Shown here: positions 24,751 through 38,053 of the stretch, one piece after another | How positions within the stretch are numbered: the stretch's first letter is position 1 | How the letters are laid out: the number at the start of each line of letters is the position of its first letter | Assembly: GCA_010909165.1 (NCBI GenBank) | Contig: MU008160.1 | Coordinates: 2,046,001-2,110,000 of the forward strand | Length of the DNA: 64,000 bases | Source: Anthoceros angustus | Lineage: Eukaryota > Plantae > Anthocerotophyta | Direction: 5' to 3' | Made by a program: the position numbers and the translations under genes | The notes under the pieces: model-generated | The model's database searches: none | What the model was told of the DNA's origin: nothing | The model's input: only the letters and a program-made list of their open reading frames with translations

Positions 24751-25591
24751 ACAAAGCCACAGGAGTTTGATGCAGTGCCCTAGAGTCTACAATTGTATCG
24801 AGCATTTGATATCCGGTTCAACAACTTATTATCAAGAAAGGATGCTAGGAACCTTCAAGAGGTAGCCATGATGGTTGCAAGTGGTGGAGTAGATAAGTTT
24901 TATTTAAAGACCCGCTGACAACTAGGGAGGGTTCCAAGAAAACTCTTAATTAGGCTTTTTGAAAGGTCACGGCTTTGGTTGATTGGGTTAGGCCATTTTT
25001 CTACCTAGAAAAAATTCATTTCATTCCTTCCTTGACAAAAATTCACTTCATTCCTTCCTTGATTTGTACATCTGTTGCGGGGGTAGTTTCGGGGTTGGAG
25101 TGGATCGTGTTCGGGAAAGCCAAAACCCCATGGGGGCAGGAAACTGACCAATAGAGCAACAAGTACCTGGTCACCATAGCGCCTGTCAAGCTTGTAGCGA
25201 GGAAGAGGCCTCGAAGTATCTTTTCGGACCCAATCTTCATCGAGCAGAGTGGCCTCCGGGAACCTCGTTTGCGGTCACTGTGAGTTAATTGCTGGAGGTG
25301 CCAGACTCCACCCTGTCTTTCGCTGGCTTGTTCTGTTCAATGTCCTTGTTTGGATGCAATCTAGTATGACCATTTTCAGTGAGGTAAGGAGACAACGTGT
25401 GCGTGCAAAAGAGGGTTAGAGGTCCATCAAGATAAACGGGCAGATCCGGCCTGGCCCGTAGTATTATGTGCGCAAGAAGCTGAATGATGGTTTGGGAATC
25501 TCACCAGGGTTTGAAGGCCGAGGTTTTGCACATGGCCTGAAGTTGGATGTTGGTGCGTGGCAAACTTGAGTGGCGAGGTTTTCTCTTCATA

Positions 25592-26581
25592 ATGGGTGGT
25601 AAAAGCAGCACTCAGAAGAGTGTGGGAAGGGGGCCAAGGCAGTCCAAGATAGGACAGAGACTTGTAAAAGCTCTGGCGGAGAAAGCAGCTGGTCGAGAGG
25701 GTACCAAATTGAAGACATTCAACAGTATCATCATGAAGTTCCCAAAAATCGACGAATCCCTGGAACAAGTTCGGGTGGTATTTCGTAAATACGGTATGGC
25801 GCTTGTGCGTGTCCCTCTACTGGGGTCCTTCATGCCATGTGGATGTGTTATCCTAGTGGTTGATTTGTTGGTGGTTGCAGATAGAAATGGGAATGGCATC
25901 ATAGATCTGGAGGAGCTGAAGGCCTGTTTCACAGAACTGCAAGTAGAGTTCACAGATGAGGAAGTGAGGGCTTACCACGCCGAAAGTGACATGGACTCAA
26001 ATCACGGCATCGATTTCAAGGAGTTCATTGTTGTGCTGGCACTTGTGTATTTGCTTGGGAAAGCAGGTAACGAGAAGTCTGTATCCAAGTCCCGGCTTGC
26101 CGGTCGTGCCTGTCTAACGGTTTGTGTGCAAGTTGTGTTGTGTCTTGTCCTTGACCGAAGATGATCAGAGCTCCCCAATAGGATTGCCACAGCTGGAAGC
26201 CACATTTGACACGATCGTGGAGGCTTTCGTTTTCTTTGATCGCGACGGAGATGGGTATGTGAGCAAGAAGGAAATGGTGTACGCAATGAACGAGGCATCC
26301 CCAGGGGCGACGAGGAGCGGTGACAAGATTGGAGTGAAACGATTTGGTATGGTGGTTGTTTATTTTGGTTGCTTGGCTGAATCCAGTACGTAATTAGACT
26401 AGTTTCGTCACCGGTGTGTTACTGCGTCTGTGGGGCAGAGGAAATGGATTGGGACAAAGATGGGACGATCACATTCAAGGAGTTTTTGTTCGCCTTCACA
26501 TCATGGGTGGGACTGGACAGGGACAACGAGGAAGTGGAAAATGGAGCAGAAAATGTAGCTAGCGATTCTAGGGCAATATGA
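25592..26581 (+). CDS. Calmodulin-like EF-hand protein, CML21/CML22 group, 4 coding exons
   Basis: Exons 25592-25793, 25881-26080, 26169-26346, 26439-26581. MG start, FNSIIMKFPKIDE motif, four EF loops (DRNGNGIID, DMDSNHGID, DRDGDGYVS, DWDKDGTIT), and FKEFLFAFTSWVG. Confidence 0.92.
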
Positions 26582-26594
26582 TGGATACTAACTG

Positions 26595-29500
26595 TTAATT
26601 CACGTCCTTTAGAAATTTGAGCACCTGCAACATGGTGGGGCGCTTGACCGGGTCGTCGGCGGTGCACAAGCCTGCAATCTGCAGCAGTTTGAGCATGGAC
26701 AGTTTACTAGGGCTATCCGAGGCGATGACAGGATCCAAAGCTCGCAGCGCCAGACCGTGCTTCACCATTTGGCGGGCCCAGCCCACCAGATTGCCGCCCT
26801 CCACATCCTTGAAATCTACGCCCGTGGGCTCCTTTCCGGTGAGCAGCTCGAGGAGGATGACGCCATAGCTGTAGACGTCGCCTCGCGTTGTAGACCTCCA
26901 CTGCTGCCCATATTCGGGCGGGATGTAGCCGAAAGTGCCGGCGATGTCGGTACTGACGTGAGTGTCGTAGGCGCTGATGAGCCTGGCCAGCCCGAAGTCG
27001 GCCACGCGCGGTTCGAAGTCCGCATCCAAGAGAATGTTGCTAGCCTTGATGTCGCGGTGGATGATGTGGGGAACGAAGCCGTGGTGGAGGAAGGCGAGGC
27101 CGCGTGCGGAGCCCACCGCAATTCTCAGCCGCTTGGACCAGTCCAGCAGCAGGTGCTGCTGCTGCTGCTGCGGCTGCTGCTCGTGGTCGCGGTTGCGCAG
27201 CCAAAGGTCCAGCGAGCCGTGCACCATGTACTCGTACACGAGCAGTTTCTGGTCGCCCAGCGAGCAGTAGCCCAGAAGCGGCACCAGGTTGCGGTGCTTC
27301 ACTTTGCCCAGCGTCTCCATCTCCGCCAAAAACTCTCGGTTGCCCTGCGTGCGCGCCAGTCCCAACTTCTTAATTGCCACGCTCCGGCCGTCCGGGAGAA
27401 CGGCTTTGTACACGGTGCCGAACCCGCCATCCCCGATGATATTGCTCTTACAGAAACTGTTGGTGGCCTGCAGAACATCCGCCAGGCTCAGCCGTAGCAG
27501 AGGCCGCTCGAACATGGCCACGTTGATGCTCAGGGGCTCCTTGCACAGCAGTTCTCCTCCGGGCCCACCGGTGCCACCATCCTCCCACTCCGCCATGCCC
27601 GATCTCAGCTTCCTCTTCAACCTCTCGTCGTCGTCGTCCTCCTCCTCCTGCCCTTGTTGCCTCATTGCTCTCCATCTCGTCCCCACCATGAATGCCAGCA
27701 CCACACACATGGTGGCCACGCTACTGCCCACAGCGATGCCCAGAATGGTGCCCCTGCGCCTGCTGCCCGTGCCCGCACACCGGGATCCCACGCCTAGCCC
27801 TTGCAGGCAGTTGTACCAAAAGGCTGTGGGCCACAGGGAGCCGCACGCGCCTTCTGAGGACACATTGCCCTTCAGCAGATTGTCCGACACATTGAGCCAC
27901 TGCAAATCACTCAGTTTGCACAAATCCGCAGGAAACTCGCCCTCCAGCTGGTTGTCCGACATATCCAAGTACTGCAGCTGCAGCAAAGAGCCCAGCCCTT
28001 CCGGAATGTGCCCGCTCAGCCTGTTCCCATGCACATCCAGCCTTGACAGCCCCGTCAGGTTGGCAAGGCTGCCAGGAATGGGTCCGCTCAGCGAGTTGCA
28101 GCAGACATTCAATTCCTGCACCTGCCGCCACACCGCAGCCTGCGTCAGCAACTCAGAAATGCCGCCACTCAACTGGTTCATCTCCAGATGCAGGAATGCA
28201 ATCTGTTCCAGTCCGGCCAGAGATCCCGGCACCTCACCCTCCAGCTCATTTCTGCTCAGGTCCAGGCTGTACAAGCTTTTCAGCTTGCCGAGTGCCTGTG
28301 GGATTCTTCCCACCAACCCGTTAGCCGACAGATTTAGCACGGCCAGCGAGTCGTCCAGATTGCTTAGCTCCGCTGGAATGGATCCTCCCAACCGATTTCG
28401 GGCCAAATTCAATGCTTGCAGTTTGGAGGAATATCCAAGTGCTGCTGGGATTGCCCCACTTAATTCGTTGTGGGACAGATCCAAATCTGTCAGATTCACC
28501 GGCTGACTCAACTCCCTGGGGATGCTGCCGGTCAGCATGTTGCCTGACAGATACAATCCGACTAGCACGCTGCAATTCCCTATCTCTTGTGGGATGCTTC
28601 CCTCCAGCCTGTTCCACGAAAGATCTAAGACGCCGTGATGCTGGAGGAAGCTTGCTTGTGGGAGTGATATCGCAAACTGTTTGACATCAGCCCGAGCTCC
28701 TTAGTACCGTACCGTACAGCCCCCACAACCTTGCTGCTGCAAAAGCAACACAAACAAATACCATAGGCCTTACCTGAAATCCGCCGCATATAGTACTTGG
28801 AACAGGCCCGGACAAACTGTTGTGCGACAACGCAAGGTACTCCAAGTTCTTGAGCCGTCCAATCTCTGGTGGAATTGGACCAGTGAGCTGGTTGAACCCA
28901 AGATTGAGCGTGCTCAGATTCACACACCTGAACAGCTCCACTGGGATACTGCCTGACAGCATATTGCTCTGGGCCGACAGCCATACCAGATCCGTCAGAT
29001 TGCCAAGGCTATTGGGCAGGGCACCGCTGAAGAGATTATTTTCTAGCCTCAGATTTTGAAGCGATGTCAGATTGCCCACAAGAGGAGATATGGCGCCCTC
29101 CAGTCGATTGGATCCCACAGCAATCTCAATAATGGTGTTTCTGTTGTTCCACAGTTGGTCCGGAAGCAGGCCTGTGAAGTTGTTTCCCTCCAAGTCCAGT
29201 GAGACGAGAGGAAGAGCAGCAAGGTAGCCAGGGATGGACCCTGTCAGCTGGTTCCCACTCAGATCCAGGGTCTTCAGGTTCAAGCAGCCCTTGAAGGCTT
29301 CATCAATGTTGCCACTCAACAGATTTCCACCCAGGTAAACAGCCTCCATCAATGAACCTTGATTACAGAGCCCCGTGGGAATGGAGCCAGAAAGCCTGTT
29401 GCCACCGAGCGCCAGCGTCACTAGGGAAGGGCAGAGGCCCAGCTCTTTGGGGATTCCACCCTCCAACTTGTTGGTGGACAAGTAGATATCAATCACGTCA

Positions 29501-31068
29501 ACAAACTCATTGAACCAAGGTGGTACATGCCCAGCTAGCTGATTCCCTCCCAGAGAAAAGCTCCTGATTCCCCGCAATTTTCTGAGCTCCGGAGGAATCA
29601 GTCCGGAAATGGAGTTGAAGGTTAGTGCGAGCACCGCAAGGTGCGAACAGTTACCCAGAGAGCTTGGGAGGGGTCCAGTCAGCTGGTTGGAGGCGAGAGT
29701 GAGGATATTTAGAGAGTTCAGGTTCCCAATTGCGATTGGAAGGCGCCCTGTGAGCTGATTGTTGTCCAAAGACAACTTTTCCAGGAACACAAGCTTGCCA
29801 AGCTCCTCAGGGAGGATGCCGGTCAGTCCAGCATTCGAAATGTCGAGGATCCTCAGGCTTGTCAGGTTGAAGAGCCCTGTAGGCATTCCTCCTGACACCT
29901 GTACGTGCCCCAGCCCCAAATACTCAAGCTCCACCAAATTTCCAATATCTGCTGGTATGACTCCAGTAAACGAGTTGCTGCCCAAATCTAAGTACTTTAA
30001 AGTTACCAGCGACGCCAGGCTCCCCAGTAGCTGACCGGAGAAGGAATTGCTGCTGACATCCAGATAAGTCAAGGCGGAGAGGTTGGCGAGTAGGGGAAGC
30101 AGTGTCCCAGAGAGGAGGTTAGCGCTCAGGTCAAGGTGCGCCAAGTGCTGTAGACTTCCAATCTGGGGCGCGAGCACCCCTTGAAGAGAATTCTTGCTGA
30201 CATCCAACCAGGTGAGGTTTTCCAAACCCCAGAGCTGAAGGGGGAGAAGGCCCTGAAAAAGACACGCACTGAGGTCCAGATATTCAAGGCCACGCAGGTT
30301 TCCCAACTCCTGTGGAAGGTCCCCACTGAACAAATTTCCGCTCAAGTCCAAGTGCCGTAACTGTGCAAGCATGCCAAGGCCTGGGTGGAGCGGGCCCGTG
30401 AGACGCATGGAACTGAGATCCAGGTGCGCAAGATTCACCAGTTCCCACAGAGCTGAGGGCAAAGGACCGTTGAAGGAGTTTAGGGCAAGTGCAAGGAGGC
30501 GGAGGTCTGGAAGGGAGGCTAGGTGGTCAGGTATGGTGCCAGACAGAAGGTTGAAACTGAGGTCTACACTGTGGATAGAGACAGGGAGAGGAGGGAAGCC
30601 TCCACTGAGGTTGTTGAAGGAGAGGTTGAGAGCTCGTAGGTGAACAAGATTACCCAAGGATGATGGAATGGCGCCAGAAAGGGTGTTGCTACTGAGGTCT
30701 AAAGACTGGAGATTGACAAGAGAGGAGATGTCGGGGATAGGTCCCTCAAGAGCGTTGTAGGACAGGTTGAGGTGCTCCAAGCTGGTCACAGCAGCAAGAC
30801 GCACGGATATGGTACCCGAAACATCCAACTGCGAAAGGTCTAAGGCGGCGACTCGGCCGTGTTGGGTGCAACTGACCCGCTCCCACTGACATGGAGATGC
30901 AGAAAGTGGCGTCCAATTGGAGAGGGCGTCCGGGGCAAGAACTAGTCCATCTTTGAACGCTATCAGGGCGGCCACGTCCGAGCTGGGGGCTGGGGCGGCG
31001 CCTGCTACAAAAGTCCTGCTGGGGGCTAAGAGCAGTAGCAACAAGCAGACGAGGCCGAAGGGGGTCAT
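26595..31068 (-). CDS. EMS1: LRR receptor-like kinase EMS1/EXS (LRR-Xb), 2 exons, 1458 aa
   Basis: Exons 31068-28774 and 28676-26595. Signal peptide, many plant LRRs, island-end SFLQHHGVLDLS, TM helix, KEPLSINVAMFERPLLRL, AEMETLGKVKHRNLVPLLGYC, THVSTDIAGTFGYIPPEYGQ.WRSTTRGDVYSYG. Confidence 0.93.
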
Positions 31069-31424
31069 GGTGGCGGCCCCAGCCTCACTGCTCGGTGGTG
31101 CCTGTTTACAGCAGCGGAAGAACGTGCGAAACAAGAAGAGGCAACGCGTGGGCGGGACTGGCAGGAAGCAGCTTGTAGAGAGCAGAATGCAACACCTGGG
31201 GCGACAGTCGGATGGGAAAATTCATGGCTGCTGCGTGACTACGTGCACTCTTGTGGGGATGACGGTGATAGAAGGGGAGGGGCGGGGAGCGGGTACAAAA
31301 TGCAAGGTTGCGTGGGAAGGTTCTTGGCAGCTGGCTTGGGGCGGACACTGCTGCTTGTACCCACTGCGCGCACAGTAGAGCGGTGAAAGGAGAAATGCAG
31401 CACACGAAGAGCCACATAGGACCA

Positions 31425-31485
31425 GAGCAAGAGGAAGAGGAAGAGGAAGAGGAAGCGCAAGAGCAAGAGCAAGAGCAAGAGCAAA
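31425..31485. repeat. (GAAGAG)n/(CAAGAG)n microsatellite upstream of EMS1
   Basis: Directly visible. A (GCGAGT)n tract also lies at about 31852-31889. Confidence 0.85.
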
Positions 31486-32512
31486 GTGCCCAGAGAAAGC
31501 GCAGCAAGCAAGGAGGGGGAGTAGAGAAGCAGGGAAGGAACAGGCTAACAGCATTGGTACCAACAACAGGACGCTGGCCGAGAAGCGTGATCACTATGGT
31601 TATCCTGGAGTGCAGTGTACACCACTGTAGTAGGTAGGCTGCGCCCCGCGTGCCGGGTCTCGAGCCTGGGGACCGGGCTGTCGGTCCACCTGTCTGCAAA
31701 TTGTGCACCGATGACATGAGTAGCTTCTCGCTTCAAGAGAGAGAAATCTTGTAAAAGCGACACACTAATATCGAGTCCCTAAATATTCCCACTGGCAGGC
31801 TGGCTAAAAGAGGCTTCCTGAGCGCATACAAGACAAAATGATGACAAACAAGCGAGTGCGAGTGCGAGTGCGAGTGCGAGCGCGAGTGCTTCCTTCTTAT
31901 TAGTACTGACGTTAGGATGGACAGCTATGCAAGGACGGGCACGCACCCTGTGTGATGAAACAGCCCAAATGCGGTAGCAGACGGCGCCCGGATCTCTGTC
32001 GTCCGACGTTCACGTTCCCCTACTCCTCCCTCCTCCAGCCCGCTGCCCTATCTCCATCGTCAAGTCCCCCCTTCGTTTTTCCCTCCAGGCTCCCGCCACT
32101 TTGTCTTTCAGTTTTGAAAAAGTTCCTACCATCCTAGGGTGTCATCTGACCGGCTCTCTCTCTGTGCAATTGTTACCTCGAGTCAATGACCGGCTGTTTT
32201 TCCGACCCGAAATTGGCGAATGAGTATTTTAGTCGTTTTCATTTATTACTTCCATTTACGGCAGGCATATGATTGGGACTCTTTCCTTTTCGATTGACAC
32301 TATATACAATGTAGGACCCACGACCTCGCGCGCGCAATCGCTTTATCCAGTGTCATCAGCTCATGCCGTCGTAAACAGCGAAGAAAGACCCCGATCCGAT
32401 ACGAGCTCGAATTTCAATGGCCTGGGGACCACCATTTGCTAACTGTCACCTAACCACACGACTTATTGCAGCAGTCACATGGTAACGCTTGAGGTGTAGG
32501 AGTCTACGTTAG

Positions 32513-35500
32513 CTACCACCTCACAAACTGCCTTAATCTCAGGAGTTTGAACCCTCGCCACCGAAACAATATGTACACTAACGCTATTGTGACAGCTAAC
32601 AGTGCACTTAAACTGCTGACACCGAAACCCTCCATTGTGATCTGAGAAACCGACCTTGCCTCAGCTGTAATCGTATGATCAGCAACCTTCTCAACATACA
32701 TGTCGGATGAGTTACCTCCTGCAAAGTCTGGCATCATGCCAGTTTCGCCTGGATAGCCGCCACCTGTTTCCTCTCCGACCTTGTCACTACTGAAGTGACT
32801 GTCACGCTTGTCCGGTTCGCTCAAGCGGAGAGCCAAAGTCTGACTGCTGGTATGGCGGCCGTCTTGGCCAGCTACCTCGCCTGCTGCTTGGCCCCTTAGC
32901 CGAACACTTGGCGACGTGTACAGTACAATTGGTTCCAGAATGAAGTCCACATACGTTGGCCTGCCCTCGTTTAGGAAGATTGAAGTGGTTCTACTTTTGT
33001 AACCCCACATGCTTGCAGTCACTGAGCCACGTTCCTTGGCACATGAGCACAGCGAAGACTGCCGCCTAGATAACCCAAAACACTGAAATCAAGGACAGAA
33101 AAAAGCCTGCCATGGAAACTCTTACCCTCATAGGCTTGTTCTGGAGCAAGAAGCCTATGAAAATCACCAAATACCTCGCTTGCATATACCTGTCCAAGGA
33201 AAGCTATCTGAGCCTAGATAAAGACTGAAGGAAAGGAAAACAACAATTGATTCTGCTTCTCTTCATGTAAAATGGTTGAAAACCACCAAATCCACAAAAC
33301 GCTTTAGGAACCAGAAAACTCACTCGATGGCTTATGCCTTCCACTGTGATGGTGGCACCTAGTGGAACACCGGTTGATGAGATGACCTTTCCGTGCACTG
33401 CTGACTACAGAAATCAATTTCAGCCATACACCTTTCTGAGTGTACATACGTTCGGCCAGATGCTCCCAATCACTTTCTATGTTGTGCGCTGTAAGTAGCA
33501 GGAATACTTACATTTACCACAGCTGTGACAAGCTCCAGCATACTTCTGCGATGCTCTCTTGCTATGCGCGCAACCTTAAAGATGCCAGACAACTTAGATC
33601 GAATCTGTTGATATCACACAGAACAAAAGTGGGCACCTCGGCAAGGATAAGCTCATGAATCACCTGATTGAAAGGAGGCCACTGAGCGGAGTCCACTTCT
33701 ATGGTGAGCTCAAAGCATCCACCATGTATGTAGTTCCAATCTTGCATGCCTCCATATAGAGGATACCTGCCATTTCGCCCACAATCAGAACAGTCAACAC
33801 TGTTCACAGGCCACAATCATCATATGGGGCTCGCGAATTGGTTATGGTGAAAGCTTCAGCTTTGATGAACTTTTCCTCTTTCGGGACAACTTTTTGTGGC
33901 AATGTGCGAGATGGTGCAGAATTCAGAAGAAAAATATATCACCAAAGATTTCCAGCACAGGCATCCAACCCACCAGGCTGCTCCATTTGTTATTCCTGTC
34001 GGAAACTCCTGGTTTTTCTTTGTCATGGAAGCATGGGCCCTTGCATAGAGGGTTGCAAGGTGTCTGAAAGCTTGATCGTCAGGACATGAAGAGTATTTCC
34101 TCCTGCAAAGTTGAATGGAAACCAGAAGACCGTGAGTATGAGTTCACCTATATGATCTCCAACTCATGTTTTCTTCAGCCGCTGGTCCACTTTCAAACCA
34201 GAGGTCAGCTCTTCCATTATGCTTGTCTTGAGAAGGAAAAACAGGTTCTTGCCCAGGGAAGTCTCACTTCATATCCCTTTCAGGCTTCCAGTTGGCCCTT
34301 TGCAGAAGACTGCAGGTAGAAAATGAAGAATATTGGACTATGAACCAAAAATGCAGAATTCTTACTTGCCATCATTGGAGCCATCCCAAGGATAGTTTGC
34401 GACCAAAGCACCCTGATCATAGAACAGGCTCAACAACATCAACACCAAATTACATGAGACACAGTTGACCTGGTTATTGTGCACAAGAGGTTGCCGAATA
34501 CAGCGTCTCTACCTACGCTGTGAAAGGGATTAGCCCAACTCTCCTGGAAATACCTCATGTAAGCTCGCGGATGCAACAAACCGATTGGTCCTTATCCAGT
34601 TCATGACAGCTCTGGTTTCTGGCTGCCGAGTACTTGGATCATTGTTCTGAGGCAAAAACTGTGTATTGCTCCTTATGTTAAACAGAAGTTACGGCCAAAG
34701 AATCAACTCATCCACCTGACTGAATCGAAGTGCACACAAAGGAAAGATAACTCAGATAGGCTAATCCAAGACAGGATCTCGTCACAGCAGAACCCACTTT
34801 CCAGCAAAGGAACCAGCTTATGTTTCTAATGCAACTAATGCTTCCTCCAACTTCACCTGATCTGGGAAATCTCTATTTAGATCGATGTTGTTAGCATTGC
34901 TGCGATTTTTTGCCCCAAAACCGTCTGGATTCATTGTTGGCAGCAAGTGAAGATGCACGTTGTCAATAATCCTGGTGGCCTACAGACAATTAACGAAGTA
35001 AGCACCCATGTACAGATGAAATTGTCTATCCATCCACATGGAAGTGCACCAAGGTCAGAGATTCAGGAACAAAGGAGCAACAACTCTTTCCTGCTTTCCT
35101 ATGACTTACCACCGGATTTTTCCCATACTGTTCACAAAGCCACTGGGCAAGCGACAGCAGGATTTCACGACCAGTGGGCTCATTTCCATGCAGATTACCT
35201 ACAAACTGCATGCCACAACATGGACTTCAGCAGGTCCGTTCCCAAAATGATAAACCATCCAGGACAGGAGCAAGTCTCTTCCCTTCATGCAGTCCTTATG
35301 ACCTGAACATCACCAAAAATGTACCTTGAAAGATGGCTTCGGTTCTAGTACACCTGGATTGTTGGAGATCTCCACAACCCACTGCCGAAACAATAAAGAG
35401 ACCAAAGCAGGTTACCACACTCTCGGTATACGACCAGCAGTTAGACGGCAGCTTGTGAACATGCGAAATTTTTTACCAGTGGTGCTCCAAGCACACTTTC

Positions 35501-36101
35501 TCCTATGCTGCACACCAAGTGACCATAATGGTTAACAGAAAGACTTCTTGCATTTCCACACACGTTCACGAATTACTGAGGAAACCAAGTAGCAAGGAAA
35601 AGGATGGATAATGTGAGACTTACCTATACATCCTAGATATATTGTGGCACTTGGCTACAAACTTTTTCAGAGCGGCTTCTAGCTCTGCATTACTTAAGTA
35701 GTGATCCCTGGTATTTGCTCTGTGTCTGATTGCGAGGGAACAAGCCCTAAGACCGAGGTGCAGCTGCGACCCAATACTTCACGTTGCTACAAAGACGCAA
35801 GAAAGTAAGATGTGGATGTGCGCAGGACTAAACGAGAACATTGATTTACCCTCTGGAGGAATTCGCAGTCGGCAAGGTTGCACCAACATTTCCTAGTACA
35901 GACGAGGAGGAGTTTGACTTTCCAACGCATGGTATGTACCTCATCACAAATTTAACATCGCTTTCATCGACAAACCTAACCTGCCTCGGCAAATGTTGCG
36001 TGGGAGTCCTCGTGGGCGGCGGATCCATGAGTCCAAGGCCAGAGAAAAGGCAGGATCAGGAGCAACGGGAGGAGCAGCTGGGGGCACAGGAGGCTTCCCA
36101 T
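32513..36101 (-). CDS. SOL1: M14 zinc carboxypeptidase D-like (SOL1-like), many short exons, C-terminal transmembrane helix
   Basis: Exon peptides FVGNLHGNEPTGRE, LLPTMNPDGF, NIDLNRDFPDQ, QPETRAVMNWI...ASASLHE, GALVANYPWDG, GITNGAAW, YPLYGGMQDWNYIHGGCFELTIE. Hydrophobic N-terminus from ATG 36101. Exact exon borders not all resolved. Confidence 0.88.
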
Positions 36102-37189
36102 TTCCAGATGCTCAGCAGCCGGAGATCATGAAGCGGGGCAACACATGAACAGAGGGATGCGGCGCGTGGTTGAGTATTTGGATTTGTAAACCCACCTTGA
36201 CTGTAGCTCCGGAATCGCGGCATCTCCCCCGGACGAGCAGAGAGAGACTAGCAACCATATTTTTAGATCCAGACCCATGCGCTTCTTGTGGGGCTCCGAT
36301 ACTTGCTTACTTTACAGCCATAAGGACACCCCGAGAAGATGCGAAGCTTATGCACAAGTAATCAAATCCGCTACACACATATACGTCGTTGCATCGACTA
36401 CGTTCAAGCAATCCTGTTTAGCTGACAGAGGCATGCGACCCCCTTGAAAGGCACGGGGAATTGCTACGAAGTGCACCCTTGAAGTCACATCAGAGCATGC
36501 CATGACCGTGATTTTCTACTGCCTTTCCCTTCGACGTTGAGAGCACAACGTATTCCTTCAGGCAATACAACGACCGGAAAAAGGGTTGTACGAGAATAGG
36601 AGGGTGTTCCCGACTCAGAGCTCGGTGGAAGGTCCGAGTGATGACAGTGAGATCACACATTTTCCATTCCCCTCTCGCGATCACCTGACATGCAGGCTCA
36701 TGAAAACAGTTCATGACGGTTTTCCATCCTCCCGCAGCCCGCTGCCCTGGTTCCTTGACGTGTTGGAGCAAGGGCGCATAGCACAAGGTGGTGAGTAGGC
36801 ACAGACGAAGGAGGCCAGCAGACTAGTGTGCACTCTGGAAGCGCAGCCCCGGAATCAGGGATGTTGTAAACGGTACCAAGTGGAGCTGAAAGTGCTGCAT
36901 AAGGTGGTGGTGGGCGCAGCTGTAGGTGCCTCTCAGGCAGGCGCAGCAGTTGCGCCGGTGGCTGTGTGTTGAGGCGATCGAGCGAAAACGATGTCGCAAA
37001 AGCGAACATCCAAGGTTGCGGGGCAAGCGGACCAACGTCGGGACGATGTACAGCAGTGAACGGGTCCGGGAGAAAAGTAACCAAATAGACCATTTATAGA
37101 AGAGAGCCCCTGCATGTTCTTCCTAGGGCGGCGAAGCTGTGGGAGTTTCCGACAGCTTGCGGCCGTGTGCGGTAGGCAAGGATTGGGAA

Positions 37190-38053
37190 ATGAATCGGGC
37201 AGCGCCAATGCTTTCGAGGCGAGTTGGACGACAGCAACCCATGGTTTCGAGGGATGCCTCATCTGCTTCTCCATCAGCGGCAGCGGCAGCAGCAGGTGAT
37301 GGCCATGGGACTGCCGCACATCAACTGCCTCCTCCGCCGCTCTACTCCTTGGAGGATCGTGTGGAAGCTTCCCCTGAGTTTGCCTCCGCCCTTGTAGCAC
37401 CTCGTGTTCGCTCGGACGCCGGCACTGCAACGCCTGCCTCCTCCTCCTTCGCCAATTTCACGCAACTGGGGTATGCCGGTGGCCACGAACAGGAGCTGCC
37501 GTCGGGCGGAACCGGTGTGGTGCTGGATGCTGCAGCCTGTCAACGCAACATCGTCCGGCCGGAGCTTGCTAGGGCAGCTGTGTCCTATTCACCCGAGGGG
37601 GAGGAGTGGGTCACGGTCTTTGGATTCGGGGTGGATGAGACCAGGCTAGTGCTGAGGGAGTTCGAGAAATGTGGGCCGATTGTCAACTACGTGCCAGGAC
37701 CTGGTAGCGTCAATTGGATTCATCTGCAGTACGAAAACAGCTATGATGCCCAACTCGCTCTTCAGAAGAACGGAATGTATCTCAATACTGCTCTCATCGT
37801 CGGGGTGAAGCCTTTGGACCGACTGCAGCGACTAGCTCTCATGAACAAGGTGCCTTTGAGGCCTTCACCTTCCATGCCTCTCCCTCTGGGCACGCCAGGC
37901 AAGAGCTCCACCGCCGCACCAGCCTGGCGGCCTTCATCCCGCTCCTTCTATTTGCACAGTGCCGAAAGTGGAGCCTCTACGTCAGGTGTCACCCTTGCGT
38001 CGCCAGTCAAGTCCACCTTCTCTAGACTAGTTGATCTAGTATTTGGCGTCTGA
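37190..38053 (+). CDS. NUP35: Nucleoporin NUP35/Nup53 (RRM-type), single coding exon
   Basis: LPPPPLYSLEDR, EEWVTVFGF...VLREFEKCG...NWIHLQY...AQLALQKNG...IVGVKPLD, and C-terminal amphipathic SRLVDLVFGV. Confidence 0.92.
   Translation: MNRAAPMLSRRVGRQQPMVSRDASSASPSAAAAAAGDGHGTAAHQLPPPPLYSLEDRVEASPEFASALVAPRVRSDAGTATPASSSFANFTQLGYAGGHEQELPSGGTGVVLDAAACQRNIVRPELARAAVSYSPEGEEWVTVFGFGVDETRLVLREFEKCGPIVNYVPGPGSVNWIHLQYENSYDAQLALQKNGMYLNTALIVGVKPLDRLQRLALMNKVPLRPSPSMPLPLGTPGKSSTAAPAWRPSSRSFYLHSAESGASTSGVTLASPVKSTFSRLVDLVFGV

Noticed and set aside
27289-28506. 405-aa and 246-aa plus-strand ORFs
   Set aside because: Antisense shadows of the GC-rich EMS1 coding sequence with no recognisable domains.
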